From: an uncultured Rhodospirillales bacterium
Lineage (GTDB): Bacteria > Pseudomonadota > Alphaproteobacteria > Rhodospirillales > UBA2165
Reading direction: 5' to 3'
NCBI GenBank assembly: GCA_905614355.1
Contig: CAJQSN010000043.1
Location: 3,701-67,700, forward strand
DNA: 64,000 bases
Below are positions 53,052 through 63,586 of this stretch, piece by piece. A model generated the notes under the pieces. It ran no database searches and was not told the DNA's origin. It saw nothing but the letters and a program-made list of their open reading frames with translations. Every line of letters begins with the position of its first letter. Position 1 is the stretch's first letter. The position numbers and the translations under genes were made by a program.

Positions 53052-54102
53052 TGATTGGAACTACTTCTTTACGCGTTAATAAATCCATTTGATTTAGGTT
53101 TTTTGGCGCCTCAACACCAAGATGTCGATAAGCCCCTTCAGCCAACATGCGACCCCTTGATGTTCGCATTAAGAGGCCCTGCTGAATGAGATAAGGCTCA
53201 ATCACTTCCTCAATAGTATCACGCTCTTCAGAAAGTGCGGCAGAAAGTGTCTCAGCCCCAACCGGGCCGCCGCCGTAATTACTTAAAATACATTTGAGAT
53301 ATCGACGATCCATGGAGTCTAAACCGAGGACATCAACATCCAATCGGTTCAGCGCAGTATCTGCATATTCTGCATCTACCGTAACAATCCGGTCAACCAT
53401 TGCAAAATCCCTCACACGCCTCATAAGACGCCCGGCAACACGTGGGGTACCGCGAGAACGTCTGGCTATTTCAGCGGCACCATCGTCACTTAATTCTAAG
53501 TTTAAAACTTGGGCATTTCGACTAACTATTCCTTGTAACTCTTCAGGTGTATAAAAGGAGAGCCGCAAAGGAATACCAAAGCGATCCCGAAGCGGTGTTG
53601 ATATTAAGCCCGAACGCGTAGTTGCTCCCACCAGCGTAAAAGGCTGCAGGTCTATTCGGACAGAACGGGCAGCAGGCCCTTCGCCAATAATGAGATCAAG
53701 TTGAAAGTCTTCAACAGCCGGATATAAAATTTCCTCGACAGCCGGACTAAGACGGTGGATCTCATCAATGAACAGAACATCACGCGCTTCAAGATTGGTC
53801 AATATTGCCGCAAGATCACCCGCTTTGGCAATCACTGGACCAGAAGTTGCCCTAAAGCCAACGCCTAACTCACGTGAAACAATCTGTGCCAAGGTTGTTT
53901 TACCAAGGCCAGGAGGGCCAAAAAGCAATACGTGATCCATAGCTTCACCACGGCCTCGGGCTGCTTCCACAAAAATTCGCAAGTTATCACAAACTGAGCG
54001 CTGGCCAGCAAATTCGTCTAAAGTTTGCGGGCGCGTTTTTAAATCACCAATGTCAGCCGCGTTCTTGCCAAGGTCAACTAAACGTTTCTCATCCATTAGC
54101 AC
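53044..54102 (-). CDS. ruvB: Holliday junction branch migration helicase RuvB
   Basis: [37 protein letters not shown] and EPYL. Confidence 0.97.
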   Translation of the reverse strand: MLMDEKRLVDLGKNAADIGDLKTRPQTLDEFAGQRSVCDNLRIFVEAARGRGEAMDHVLLFGPPGLGKTTLAQIVSRELGVGFRATSGPVIAKAGDLAAILTNLEARDVLFIDEIHRLSPAVEEILYPAVEDFQLDLIIGEGPAARSVRIDLQPFTLVGATTRSGLISTPLRDRFGIPLRLSFYTPEELQGIVSRNAQVLNLELSDDGAAEIARRSRGTPRVAGRLMRRVRDFAMVDRIVTVDAEYADTALNRLDVDVLGLDSMDRRYLKCILSNYGGGPVGAETLSAALSEERDTIEEVIEPYLIQQGLLMRTSRGRMLAEGAYRHLGVEAPKNLNQMDLLTRKEVVPINE

Positions 54103-54712
54103 TTAACTCTGCGAGCCCTTCTTTGATGAGCACTTCAACAGAAGCATCACCAATGACTGTTGCCGCAACTTGATGAACCGCACGAAAGGCATCGGATCTT
54201 CCATAGCCTAAATTAACTAGAGCAGAAACGGCATCATTAAGATTTTGATTTGCTCTATCCGTATTTTTCCTTCCATCAGAAATTGATTTTACTTCAAAAT
54301 TTAGTGCGATAGTAGTAATTTTATCTTTTAATTCAGTTACAATCCGCGTAGCTAATTTAGGGCCAACCCCCGGCGCATGTGTTATGGCCGTTTGATCTCG
54401 AGCAACGATGGCTTGCACTAAATTATCAGGCGGCAAAGCAGATAAAATTGCCAAACACACTTTAGCTCCTACGCCCTGCACAGTTATCAAAAGCTTAAAA
54501 CACGCTTGCTCAGCTTCGTCAGAAAAGCCGTAAAGATGAATATGATCCTCGCGTACGTGGGTTTCGATAATAACGGAAACTTCACCCGTCACACCAACCA
54601 AAACATCTAATGTACGGTTAGAACAATAAACCAAATAGCCAATTCCATTTACATCTATAACTGCGTAGCCATCTCCGGTCTTATCAACTTGGCCTGTCAA
54701 TTTGGCAATCAT
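54089..54712 (-). CDS. ruvA: Holliday junction branch migration protein RuvA
   Basis: MIAKLTG, ETHVRED..LYGF, GVGAK, PGVGPK-A-RI--ELK and SALVNLGY. Confidence 0.96.
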   Translation of the reverse strand: MIAKLTGQVDKTGDGYAVIDVNGIGYLVYCSNRTLDVLVGVTGEVSVIIETHVREDHIHLYGFSDEAEQACFKLLITVQGVGAKVCLAILSALPPDNLVQAIVARDQTAITHAPGVGPKLATRIVTELKDKITTIALNFEVKSISDGRKNTDRANQNLNDAVSALVNLGYGRSDAFRAVHQVAATVIGDASVEVLIKEGLAELSANG

Positions 54713-55215
54713 CTTTGCAACCCGGACGATTGCTCAGATAGTTTCAAAGACTGTCGGTGATGGGCGTGGCAAATCGCAATGGCTAAAGCATCTGCTGAAT
54801 CCGCAGATTGAAAGTCACAACCTGGCAACAAGGTATTTATCATCATTTGAACCTGTTCCTTGGATGCATGTCCTGACCCAACCAAAGATTTTTTTATTAA
54901 ATTTGGTGAATACTCTGCTACACGTAAACCAAATTTCGACGGCACAAACAAGGCAATGCCGCGTGCTTGGCCCAACTTTAATGCAGAGGCCGGGTTAACA
55001 TTAACGAAAGTTTCTTCAACAGCAGCCTCTTTGGGCTGAAATCGCTCAATAACAAGGAGGAGGCCATCATGCAGCTGTACAAGTCTTTCAGCTAAACTTA
55101 AATTAGGATCACTCTTAACTACACCATCGCCAGCATAAATCAGGCGGTTACCATCGGTCTCAATAACGCCCCAACCCATATTACGTAATCCGGGATCAAT
55201 GCCGAGTAATTTCAT
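54709..55215 (-). CDS. ruvC: Crossover junction endodeoxyribonuclease RuvC
   Basis: LGIDPGL, AVEETF, KLGQARG, G-G-ASKEQV and DSADALAIAICH. Confidence 0.96.
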   Translation of the reverse strand: MKLLGIDPGLRNMGWGVIETDGNRLIYAGDGVVKSDPNLSLAERLVQLHDGLLLVIERFQPKEAAVEETFVNVNPASALKLGQARGIALFVPSKFGLRVAEYSPNLIKKSLVGSGHASKEQVQMMINTLLPGCDFQSADSADALAIAICHAHHRQSLKLSEQSSGLQR

Positions 55216-55293
55216 AAGCCCTCAATGTCTATATAACAAAAACCTAAACTTCCAAAAGGATTATAAATGTTACTCGTTAACTAAGCCCTAAAA

Positions 55294-56043
55294 TTAAACG
55301 CTTAGCTTAGCCATAGTTTCGTCAGAAATCTCAAAATTTGCTGCAATGCGCTGCACATCATCATTATCTTCCAGAGATTCAAGCAGAAGAATTATTGATC
55401 CAGCTTCTTTTTCACCAACCTCAATTGTATTTTGAGGACGCCAAACTAACTTAGCAGACTCAGGATCACCTAATGCGTCAGACAAGGCTTCACTGACCTT
55501 ATGAAAATCTTCAGGCTGACAAAATATGGTATGTCCAATTTCATCATTTTCTACATCTTCTGCGCCTGCCTCAAGCGCTGCCTCAAAAACAATATCGACT
55601 GAACCTATTTCACCTCGATAATGAATGCTCCCCATTTTATCAAACATAAAGCTTACCGAACCAGTTTCCGCCAAATTGCCACCATTCTTGGCAAATGCTG
55701 TTCTAATATCAGAAGCGGTACGATTACGATTATCTGTTAAAGCTTCAACTATTATTGCAGTACCCCCGGGACCGTAGCCCTCATAACGGACTTCATCATA
55801 GTTTTCACCTTCATCACCTCCAGCAACCTTTTTTATAGCTCTATCTATGTTCTCTTTCGGCATATTTGCTGCTCGACATGCTATAATGGCAGATCGGAGC
55901 CTGGGGTTTGCATCTGGATCAGGCATGCCTGATTTAGCTGCAACCGTTACCTCACGGATCAATTTTGCAAAAACCTTAGCACGTTTTTTGTCCTGTGCCC
56001 CTTTTCGGTGCATAATATTTGAAAACTGGGAATGGCCTGCCAT
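55294..56043 (-). CDS. yebC: YebC/PmpR family protein
   Basis: [33 protein letters not shown] and LEDNDDVQ. Confidence 0.95.
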   Translation of the reverse strand: MAGHSQFSNIMHRKGAQDKKRAKVFAKLIREVTVAAKSGMPDPDANPRLRSAIIACRAANMPKENIDRAIKKVAGGDEGENYDEVRYEGYGPGGTAIIVEALTDNRNRTASDIRTAFAKNGGNLAETGSVSFMFDKMGSIHYRGEIGSVDIVFEAALEAGAEDVENDEIGHTIFCQPEDFHKVSEALSDALGDPESAKLVWRPQNTIEVGEKEAGSIILLLESLEDNDDVQRIAANFEISDETMAKLSV

Positions 56044-56138
56044 TGAGTAATACTTCTACTTAAGTTGATCCTAATTATAATCTTAGCATATTTATACAAA
56101 CTGTAAAATGACCCATGCAACTGAATCTAACAATTGAT

Positions 56139-56954
56139 CTAGAGCATCGGCAGGTGCCCTGCTAACCTGCCACCAATTCGTATAGGTTCAATACGTATTG
56201 CATGACCTGTATCATTGTTTGTTTCTAAGAATACACCACAAACGGTACCTACACCTTCTGAAGGTGACAAGCGTTCAGATGGCATTTTTTTCAAAAATCG
56301 ATCGATCGCAGCACCAGGTTTCATTCCGATAACCGAATCATAGTCACCACACATTCCTAGATCTGTTTGATAGGCTGTACCCTTTTTCAAAATTTGTGCA
56401 TCCGCTGTTGGGATATGAGAGTGTGTTCCAACTACCATTGAAACTCGTCCGTCAAGATATTGCCCAATCGCCATTTTTTCAGAAGTTGCCTCAGCATGTA
56501 CATCAACGACAGCACAATCAAAACCATCACCCATTTTCTTGTTCAAAAGCTCTCTATCGATAGCCATAAATGGATCATCAAGGCTCTCCATAAAAAGGCG
56601 CCCCATTACTTGACCAACAAATACTTGAGCACCATTTCGTGCTTCAAAAATGCCGGAACCATTGCCAGGTGTGTGCTCTGGATAGTTGAGGGGTCGTAGT
56701 AAACGTGGCTCCTTATCAATATAATTAATGATTTCACGTTGATCCCACGCATGGTTCCCGGTCGTTATCACATCGACCCCAAGTTCGAAGAATTGATTGC
56801 ATATTTTTTCTGTAATCCCAAACCCGTGCGCTGCATTTTCGCCATTTACCATTACAAAGTCAGGCGACAGTTCTCTGATTATCTGCGGAAGATGGGTGTC
56901 CAGTCCAACCCTCCCTGATTTACCCATTACATCACCAAAGTAGACTAGCCTCAT
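56139..56954 (-). CDS. YmdB/TIGR00282 family metallophosphoesterase
   Basis: GDVMG-SG, NGENAA-GFG, TTGNH-WD, D-HAEATSEK, GTHSHIPTAD and TD-GMCG. Confidence 0.93.
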   Translation of the reverse strand: MRLVYFGDVMGKSGRVGLDTHLPQIIRELSPDFVMVNGENAAHGFGITEKICNQFFELGVDVITTGNHAWDQREIINYIDKEPRLLRPLNYPEHTPGNGSGIFEARNGAQVFVGQVMGRLFMESLDDPFMAIDRELLNKKMGDGFDCAVVDVHAEATSEKMAIGQYLDGRVSMVVGTHSHIPTADAQILKKGTAYQTDLGMCGDYDSVIGMKPGAAIDRFLKKMPSERLSPSEGVGTVCGVFLETNNDTGHAIRIEPIRIGGRLAGHLPML

Positions 56955-56982
56955 TTAAACACTCGTATTAGGTCGTGAAATA

Positions 56983-57603
56983 TTAAAATTTTAACAGCCC
57001 TTTCTCAGTAATAACCCCATCAATGCGCTGATCAAATTCATTATGAGGCACATTTTCGACACCTTGACCTGCATAACAAATACCAATTACCACAAGTTTT
57101 TGATTTTGATTCTTAGCTTTGGATCGCAATATTTTTAACGTGCGGTCATAATAGCCTCCCCCATAACCAAGGCGATACCCTTCCATATCAAACGCCAACA
57201 GTGGAACAAGCAACATATTCGGCTTGCCCACTGGCTGACAAGCAGCAGGCTCAAGAATCCCTAGATTCGACAATATCAAGCTATCATCAGGTTTCCACTT
57301 ACGAAATATCAATTTCTCATCAATTGCGATGACAACTGGCAATAAACAGGCCCAGCCCAGCTGATATAGTTTAGTTAATAACGGCTTTACGTCTGCTTCA
57401 CTCCCAATCGGCAAATATCCAGCCACGGTTTTATCAACCTCGCCAGCAAAATGTGTACAAAAAATCTCAATTAATTTAAATTCAATAGACTTTTTATTTT
57501 TTTTTGCTAGATCCTCACGGCGAAGGAGCGCGGCACTTCGTAAATTATTTTTTTGTAATTTAATTTTATAGGCTAAATTCAAAAATCGATCTTCCTGTAA
57601 CAA
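56983..57603 (-). CDS. ygfA: 5-formyltetrahydrofolate cyclo-ligase
   Basis: K..LR, AGYLPIGSE, VPLLAFD..G-RLGYGGGYYDR and D..ID-VITE; immediately downstream of 6S RNA; start uncertain. Confidence 0.92.
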   Translation of the reverse strand: MLQEDRFLNLAYKIKLQKNNLRSAALLRREDLAKKNKKSIEFKLIEIFCTHFAGEVDKTVAGYLPIGSEADVKPLLTKLYQLGWACLLPVVIAIDEKLIFRKWKPDDSLILSNLGILEPAACQPVGKPNMLLVPLLAFDMEGYRLGYGGGYYDRTLKILRSKAKNQNQKLVVIGICYAGQGVENVPHNEFDQRIDGVITEKGLLKF

Positions 57604-57609
57604 TTAGGT

Positions 57610-57761
57610 GACGCCGCAAAGGCCGGTCTGCGTCTGATCATCCTAGGCCGGTAGGTCTAGGTGGGCGCCGTATGCTATACCCAAGAGTATGGCAGGGACA
57701 GCTCCCGATTGGTAGATATTGGCCCTGGAGATTTATCACACTTCTCGAGCCCCGCAGCGTC
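57610..57761 (-). ncRNA. ssrS: 6S RNA
   Basis: About 152 nt GC-rich element with pairing ends (GACGCTGCGG...TTGCGGCGTC) and alphaproteobacterial-type motifs GGGAGCTGTCCCTG and ATACGGCGCCCACCT; classic zapA-ssrS-ygfA position. Confidence 0.9.
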
Positions 57762-57771
57762 AATTCTATCT

Positions 57772-58095
57772 TTAGACGGCTTCTAACTTTTCTGCAATGC
57801 TTTCAATACGAGCCGTCATCAATTCGAGATCATTTACCGCAAAAGTGTTTTGAGCAACATTCGACTGTTTATCCTTAACCGCATCAAGTTCCGTATATAG
57901 TTCCGAAAGCTCATCAGCACATAAAAGGCTGGTCATAACAAGAAGGCGCGCGTCACCAACCTGCCCCACTTTAGCAACAAGTTCATCGACCCGGCGATCA
58001 ACGTATTCCGCCAGTTGGGTTAGATGAGCTTCCTCACCATTATCGCAAGAAATATCATATTTTCTGCCATTGATCGTAACGGTTACCTGAGCCAC
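57772..58095 (-). CDS. zapA: Cell division protein ZapA
   Basis: MAQVTVTINGR-Y-I-C--GEE-HL--LA and G-VGDARLLVM..L..ADEL. Confidence 0.93.
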   Translation of the reverse strand: MAQVTVTINGRKYDISCDNGEEAHLTQLAEYVDRRVDELVAKVGQVGDARLLVMTSLLCADELSELYTELDAVKDKQSNVAQNTFAVNDLELMTARIESIAEKLEAV

Positions 58096-58096
58096 A

Positions 58097-58342
58097 TTAG
58101 CTACCTAATATTTCTCTAATTTGATTTATCGTGGTATTCAGTCTCTCTGAAGCTAATTTATTTTTCTCGCGCAATTCGGCTATATCCCCATGCGCAACGA
58201 TAAGCTCTGCATCTGTCTTTTTTAATTTATCAACGGATGCAACTTTATCATCAACGGCCCTCTCTAGCCTAGCAAAGGCCTCTTCAAGTTTTATTTTTGA
58301 GGCCTGTGCAGAAGAAGTATTTTGATTAATGTCGTTTGCCAA
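58097..58342 (-). CDS. Small coiled-coil protein upstream of zapA (ZauP/DUF4164-like)
   Basis: Heptad-rich 81 aa (LEEAFARLERAV...SERLNTTINQIREIL); conserved position. Confidence 0.7.
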   Translation of the reverse strand: MANDINQNTSSAQASKIKLEEAFARLERAVDDKVASVDKLKKTDAELIVAHGDIAELREKNKLASERLNTTINQIREILGS

Positions 58343-58392
58343 GAATTGTTAAGCTCCTTATTTAGGAAAAGAGATTACGCCTTTGTATATAA

Positions 58393-58458
58393 TTTCGTCA
58401 ACCGCAGGATTGTCAAACAGACTATTACGGTTCATTCAAAGGATGGGGGTTGACGAAA
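58393..58458. promoter_or_regulatory. Back-to-back divergent promoters (zauP-zapA versus gap) forming an 11-bp inverted repeat
   Basis: TTTCGTCAACC (58393-58403) and GGTTGACGAAA (58448-58458); each arm contains an outward-facing TTGACG -35-like box. Confidence 0.45.
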
Positions 58459-58554
58459 CGCTTCTACTTTAGGATTGTTATCCTGGATAATTGGGCCTTA
58501 ACCGAGACTTAAGATCTAAATTTTTTGTATTTATCGCAAGTAATGGAGAAACTA

Positions 58555-59568
58555 ATGGCCCTAAGGGTAGCAATTAATGGATTTGGCAGGATTGGTAGAT
58601 TAGTTTATCGGGCTATTCTCGAATCAAACAATAATGAAATAGAAGTCGTCGGTATTAATGATTTAGGCCCAACTGAGTCCAATGCACATCTTTTAAAGTT
58701 TGATTCAACCCATGGAATTCTGCCGCAAAACATAGTGGTTGATGGTAACACGATAGATGCTGGTCAGGGGCCCGTTCGCGTTACAGCAGAACGAGACCCA
58801 ACTAATTTACCGTGGAAAGAACTGAACGTTGACATAGCTCTCGAATGTACTGGCTTTTTTGCAAGCAAAGAAAAGGCAACTGCCCACCTGACGGCAGGTG
58901 CCAAACGGGTTATAGTTTCGGCCCCAGCAATTGGCGCAGATATTACTGTTGTATATGGCGTAAATTCAGATCAAATCACAGGTGATCATTTGGTTATATC
59001 AAATGCCTCTTGTACAACAAATTGCTTGGCACCCGTGGCCTATGTTTTAAATAATGCAGTCGGAATTGAACGTGGCTTTATGACGACAATCCACGCATTT
59101 ACGGGTGATCAAAGAACTGTTGATACACTTCATGACGACCTCCACAGATCTCGAACAGCGTCTTCTTCAATGATCCCAACCTCTACAGGAGCCGCAAAAG
59201 CTGTTGGGCTGGTTCTTCCAGAATTAAATGGGAAATTGGATGGTACATCAGTTAGGGTGCCCACACCCAATGTTTCTTTGATTGACTTTACCTTCACCCC
59301 AGGCAAAGACACCAGCGTTGTTGAGATTAACAATGCGATTTCTGCTGCTGCAAAGAGCGGCCCACTCAAAGGTATTCTAGGTACCAACAACCTACCTTTA
59401 GTTTCAATCGATTTTAACCACAATCCACATAGCTCAGTGTTTGATTTATCGGAAACCCAGGTGATAGAAGGAAAGTTTGTTCGGGTCTTAAGCTGGTACG
59501 ATAACGAATGGGGATTCTCTAACAGAATGTTGGACACAGCACTAGCCGTAGGGGCTACCATCGGATAG
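58555..59568 (+). CDS. gap: Type I glyceraldehyde-3-phosphate dehydrogenase
   Basis: INGFGRIGR, ECTG, SNASCTTNCLAP, IPTSTGAAKAV and WYDNEWGFS; ATG at 58555 with GGAG SD. Confidence 0.96.
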   Translation: MALRVAINGFGRIGRLVYRAILESNNNEIEVVGINDLGPTESNAHLLKFDSTHGILPQNIVVDGNTIDAGQGPVRVTAERDPTNLPWKELNVDIALECTGFFASKEKATAHLTAGAKRVIVSAPAIGADITVVYGVNSDQITGDHLVISNASCTTNCLAPVAYVLNNAVGIERGFMTTIHAFTGDQRTVDTLHDDLHRSRTASSSMIPTSTGAAKAVGLVLPELNGKLDGTSVRVPTPNVSLIDFTFTPGKDTSVVEINNAISAAAKSGPLKGILGTNNLPLVSIDFNHNPHSSVFDLSETQVIEGKFVRVLSWYDNEWGFSNRMLDTALAVGATIG

Positions 59569-59615
59569 GAAATTAAACAACCAAAACAGTAAAAAATTTA
59601 ATTTAAATTCAAAAG

Positions 59616-60062
59616 CTAGTCATTTGGGTCGTAGAAAACCAAATTAGGGATGTCGTTTTCATCTTCAATTCGACCACGCAATTCAAGTGTATTGCGATCA
59701 GGATCGCGCAAAAAAACTGAGACATGGCCGTCGCGGCCAAAAGTTACAGGTCCTTGAGAAATAGTAATATTATTCTCCTCAAGCATTTTTAGAGTTGCCA
59801 AAATAGAATCAACGCGAAGGGCTATGTGAGTGAAACCTGTATGTTTTTCTGGCACATCCATTAATATATTTTTACCGTGATTAAGGTCTTCCCCGTTAAC
59901 CACAAGATTGATTTCAACACCATTAGCATTTTTCATGACAATTACATCATCAAAATCCACTTCAACTTCAATTTTAAAACCTAAAAATTCATAATATTCG
60001 ACTGATCGCTTTCTATCCGTAATGCGAATACCCACGTGATCAAATTGTTCAATATTTATCAT
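59616..60062 (-). CDS. VOC (glyoxalase/bleomycin resistance) family protein
   Basis: DHVGIR....S..YY..LGF, THIALRV and SVFLRDPDRN-LEL. Confidence 0.88.
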   Translation of the reverse strand: MINIEQFDHVGIRITDRKRSVEYYEFLGFKIEVEVDFDDVIVMKNANGVEINLVVNGEDLNHGKNILMDVPEKHTGFTHIALRVDSILATLKMLEENNITISQGPVTFGRDGHVSVFLRDPDRNTLELRGRIEDENDIPNLVFYDPND

Positions 60063-60224
60063 TTTATACCTACTCCAACTAAATTTTCATATAATACTTA
60101 ATCTAACAGCCTAGACATGATCATAAAATTTAACTTTCAAAATGTCTCCTAAAATGACATAGTAATTGTAAAAACATTGCCACAAAACTAGGCTAATCTC
60201 ATAGACCTTTGAAAACTAACACCA

Positions 60225-60875
60225 TTGATGTCTAACAAGAAATCAAAATCACGGTGCCGTCTCTATCTGATCACGCCACCTACAATTACACTAAACACCT
60301 TCAAGGAAGATTTGGCAGATGCCTGCGACGGAGGTGATGTTGCTTGTATACAACTGCGGCTTAAAGGTGCTGATAGAGATGAAATATTACGAGCGATCGA
60401 TACACTAGCACCCATTGCACAAGAACGAAACATTGCTTTTATACTTAACGACAACCCAGAGTTAGCCGCACAAACTGGTTGCGATGGTGTTCATATAGGC
60501 CAGAGAGACTCAATATATGAACAAGCGCGAGATATTGTTGGCAATAATGCTATTGTTGGAGTTACCTGTCACGATAAGCGCTACCTAGCAATTGACGCTG
60601 CTCAAAAGGGGGCTGATTATGTTGCATTTGGCGCCTTTTTTAAAACCAATACAAAAAAAACTGCTAGCCAGCCAGAAATAGAAATTCTAGACGCCTGGAG
60701 CACAATGACTACAGTTCCATGCGTAGCTATTGGCGGTATTACCCACAAAAATTGCCACTCTCTTATTCAGGCTGGCGCAAATTTTTTAGCGGTAGTGTCC
60801 GCAATATGGGACTATGGGGCAGGCCCTGGGGCTGCAGTAAAAGCCTTCAATGATATAATAAGACAGAACCGCTAA
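60225..60875 (+). CDS. thiE: Thiamine phosphate synthase
   Basis: LYLITP, QLRLK, ILND, DGVHIGQ-D, GADYVAFG and VAIGGI. Confidence 0.93.
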   Translation: MMSNKKSKSRCRLYLITPPTITLNTFKEDLADACDGGDVACIQLRLKGADRDEILRAIDTLAPIAQERNIAFILNDNPELAAQTGCDGVHIGQRDSIYEQARDIVGNNAIVGVTCHDKRYLAIDAAQKGADYVAFGAFFKTNTKKTASQPEIEILDAWSTMTTVPCVAIGGITHKNCHSLIQAGANFLAVVSAIWDYGAGPGAAVKAFNDIIRQNR

Positions 60876-60981
60876 ATCCAAATTTTTTAACTCCACCATT
60901 GCCGCATGCACAACAAAATGCTAAGTTCCGCGGCTTTAAAAGGACGCTCAAATTAATACTAATTATAAAGTAGTTTAACCT

Positions 60982-61551
60982 ATGAAAATCAATGGAAACT
61001 CAATCCGTCCAGGTAATGTAATTGAACACCAAAATCGCTTATGGCGTGCCGTAAAAATTCAGCACACACAACCCGGTAAAGGTGGGGCTTATTTACAAGT
61101 CGAGCTAAAGGATTTGCGTAGCGGGACCAAACTCAATGAGCGCTTTCGATCATCAGAAACCGTGGAACAAGTTCGACTTGATCAAAAGGAATTTCAATAC
61201 CTTTATGCCGAAGGAGATATGCATACCTTCATGGATACCGAGACATACGATCAAATTTCGTTAAATGCTGATCTGATCGGCGAAGACCGTGTCATCTATC
61301 TGCAGGACGGAATGTCGGTGGTTATTGAAAGCTTTGAAGATGACCCAATTGGCCTGAACTTACCAACGCAAGTCGCCTTAGAAGTGGTAGAGGCTGATGC
61401 CGTCGTCAAGGGTCAAACGGCTGCCTCTAGTGCCAAACCAGCCTTGTTAGAAAATGGTATTCGCACGAGTGTGCCTCCACACATTGAAACTGGAACTCGC
61501 GTGATGATCAATACTGAAGATGGTTCCTATGTCGAACGGGCAAAAGGCTAA
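60982..61551 (+). CDS. efp: Translation elongation factor P
   Basis: [28 protein letters not shown] and VPP-I. Confidence 0.97.
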   Translation: MKINGNSIRPGNVIEHQNRLWRAVKIQHTQPGKGGAYLQVELKDLRSGTKLNERFRSSETVEQVRLDQKEFQYLYAEGDMHTFMDTETYDQISLNADLIGEDRVIYLQDGMSVVIESFEDDPIGLNLPTQVALEVVEADAVVKGQTAASSAKPALLENGIRTSVPPHIETGTRVMINTEDGSYVERAKG

Positions 61552-62352
61552 ATGGCCACACTTCAATCTGCTAATATTACGGTTATGGTAAAAGCGGCTC
61601 GCAAGGCCGCAGGCAAGTTAAAACGAGATTATGGTGAGGTTGAACAGCTGCAAGTTTCAACTAAAGGGCCCGCGGACTTTGTAACAGTAGCAGATATTCG
61701 CACTGAAGAAATGCTCCGTGATTCACTCGCTCATGCACGGCCCGAATATGGATTTCTAATGGAAGAATCAGGTACAATAGCAGGTAATGATCCTAACAGA
61801 AGATGGATTATTGATCCAATCGATGGCACAACTAATTTTATTCATGGTATTCCTTACTTTGCGATCTCTATCGCACTTGAAGAAAACAATCAAATTACTG
61901 CAGGCGTAATTTACGAGCCAATTAACGATCAAATGTTTTGGGCAGAAAAAGGCAATGGGGCATGGCTTAACGATCGACGCATGCGGGTTTCTGGTCGCTC
62001 ACAAATGGAACAATCAATTTTTGCCACAGGTATTCCATTTTTAAACCGGGGTGATCATAAACAATTCTTACAACAAATAGAATCTGTTATGGCAGTATCA
62101 GCGGGGATCCGTCGTTTTGGTAGTGCCGCCCTTGATTTGGCGTATGTAGCAGCTGGACGTTTTGATGGCTTTTGGGAAACAGGGCTCCAGCCATGGGATA
62201 TTGCGGCAGGTATCATTATGGTGCGTGAAGCCGGCGGAATGGTCTCAGAAATTAACGGACGTGATGGTATGCTGAAAACAGGATCAGTATTGGCTGCAAA
62301 CCCAAACTTGTATAAAGAATTAGGACAAACCATTTTAAATACAGTAAAGTAA
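61552..62352 (+). CDS. suhB: Inositol monophosphatase family protein SuhB
   Basis: KGPADFVT-AD, EE, WIIDPIDGTTNF, RRFGSAALDL and WDIAAG. Confidence 0.95.
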   Translation: MATLQSANITVMVKAARKAAGKLKRDYGEVEQLQVSTKGPADFVTVADIRTEEMLRDSLAHARPEYGFLMEESGTIAGNDPNRRWIIDPIDGTTNFIHGIPYFAISIALEENNQITAGVIYEPINDQMFWAEKGNGAWLNDRRMRVSGRSQMEQSIFATGIPFLNRGDHKQFLQQIESVMAVSAGIRRFGSAALDLAYVAAGRFDGFWETGLQPWDIAAGIIMVREAGGMVSEINGRDGMLKTGSVLAANPNLYKELGQTILNTVK

Positions 62353-62547
62353 CGTCATATTTATTTCTTGGTAGTATTAATACCGCGATAGCATTCTTTA
62401 TGAAATAGACCCTCAAAAACTTCACAGTCTGTTGTATACAGGAGGCAAATTAGGTATCTTAATAAATAATATGACGCGGTCGTAATTAACTATAAAAGCT
62501 GGGTGCTTATAAAAAAATTCGGCCCGTTCTGAAAAGGAAAAATTATA

Positions 62548-63519
62548 ATGTTACGGCAGATTATTTTAAAGATTTCATTTGCTATAGTTGTTACTTTTAG
62601 TTTCACAAATTCAGTAAGCGCTCAGCTTAAATCTATCAGCGGCTCTAATCAAGTCTTGGTTGATTTAAGCGTCATAGACGTTCTAAGTACTGAATCCTCA
62701 TCCAGACAGAGCATTAGGATTAAAGGAAAACAGGGTTTTCTTTTAAAGCCCCCAACAGAGATGCCTCGATCTCGTTATTTAATTAAATCCCCAGCCACGG
62801 AAGCCTCACGCAAATTAGCACGAATAAAATTTAAACCAAAATTCGAACCATCAAAAAAGCGTTATAAACGGCGAAAAATTTCAAATAAAACACCATTACA
62901 ACTGTCAAAAAGAAGGATACTGAAACAGCCAAGTTCTAAATTTGAAATGCTGAAATCTCGAAGCGAGAAAAAATTGGCACCTACCCCAAAACAGAATTTT
63001 AAAAGGCGTACAAAACCTTCAAAGACAATTCCTATAAAACCTGTTTTTAATAAGAAAATTTTAGCTCCAACTCAAAAAGCCGTTCCATTAGCCACAGTAA
63101 AAATTCTAAAGATGCCGCCACTAACGCCAAAACTTAGCAAAACAACAACTAAGATAAAAGAAAATCCCCAACAAATAGCCTCTCTCCCAAAAAAAAGTGT
63201 GCAACAATCAGCAACCAACCTATTAACCTTTAAACAGGGAGATTCTAAACTTAGTAATCAAGCAAAGAAAACTTTAGATACCCTGTTAAAAAAATTAAAC
63301 GCTGAGCCAAACCATAGATTACAAGTTCGCGCCTACGCGGGCGAACCCAACCTGTCGGCTAGCAAGGCCCGCCGACTTTCTCTCTCGAGAGCCTTATCTG
63401 TAAGGTCACACCTTATCAAAAATGGAATACGAAGCACCAGAATTGACGTCAGGGCACTCGGCAACAAAACAGCAGTTGGAGAACCTAATCGCGTTGATAT
63501 AGAAGTCATTAAGAATTAG
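62548..63519 (+). CDS. Exported protein with basic Lys/Arg/Pro-rich linker and C-terminal OmpA-like domain
   Basis: Signal peptide (..SVSA-Q); C-terminal F..G...L, RRLSLSRALSVR..L...GI..RIDVRALG..NRVD. Confidence 0.75.
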   Translation: MLRQIILKISFAIVVTFSFTNSVSAQLKSISGSNQVLVDLSVIDVLSTESSSRQSIRIKGKQGFLLKPPTEMPRSRYLIKSPATEASRKLARIKFKPKFEPSKKRYKRRKISNKTPLQLSKRRILKQPSSKFEMLKSRSEKKLAPTPKQNFKRRTKPSKTIPIKPVFNKKILAPTQKAVPLATVKILKMPPLTPKLSKTTTKIKENPQQIASLPKKSVQQSATNLLTFKQGDSKLSNQAKKTLDTLLKKLNAEPNHRLQVRAYAGEPNLSASKARRLSLSRALSVRSHLIKNGIRSTRIDVRALGNKTAVGEPNRVDIEVIKN

Positions 63520-63586
63520 TTCGTGGAGAAAAAAATATATCTATCTTTAAAAATTCATGTTCTAAGATATGATTAAAGGTACAGCC

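Noticed and set aside
57672-57878. 68-aa ORF on the plus strand
   Set aside because: Antisense to the 6S RNA and the zapA 3' end
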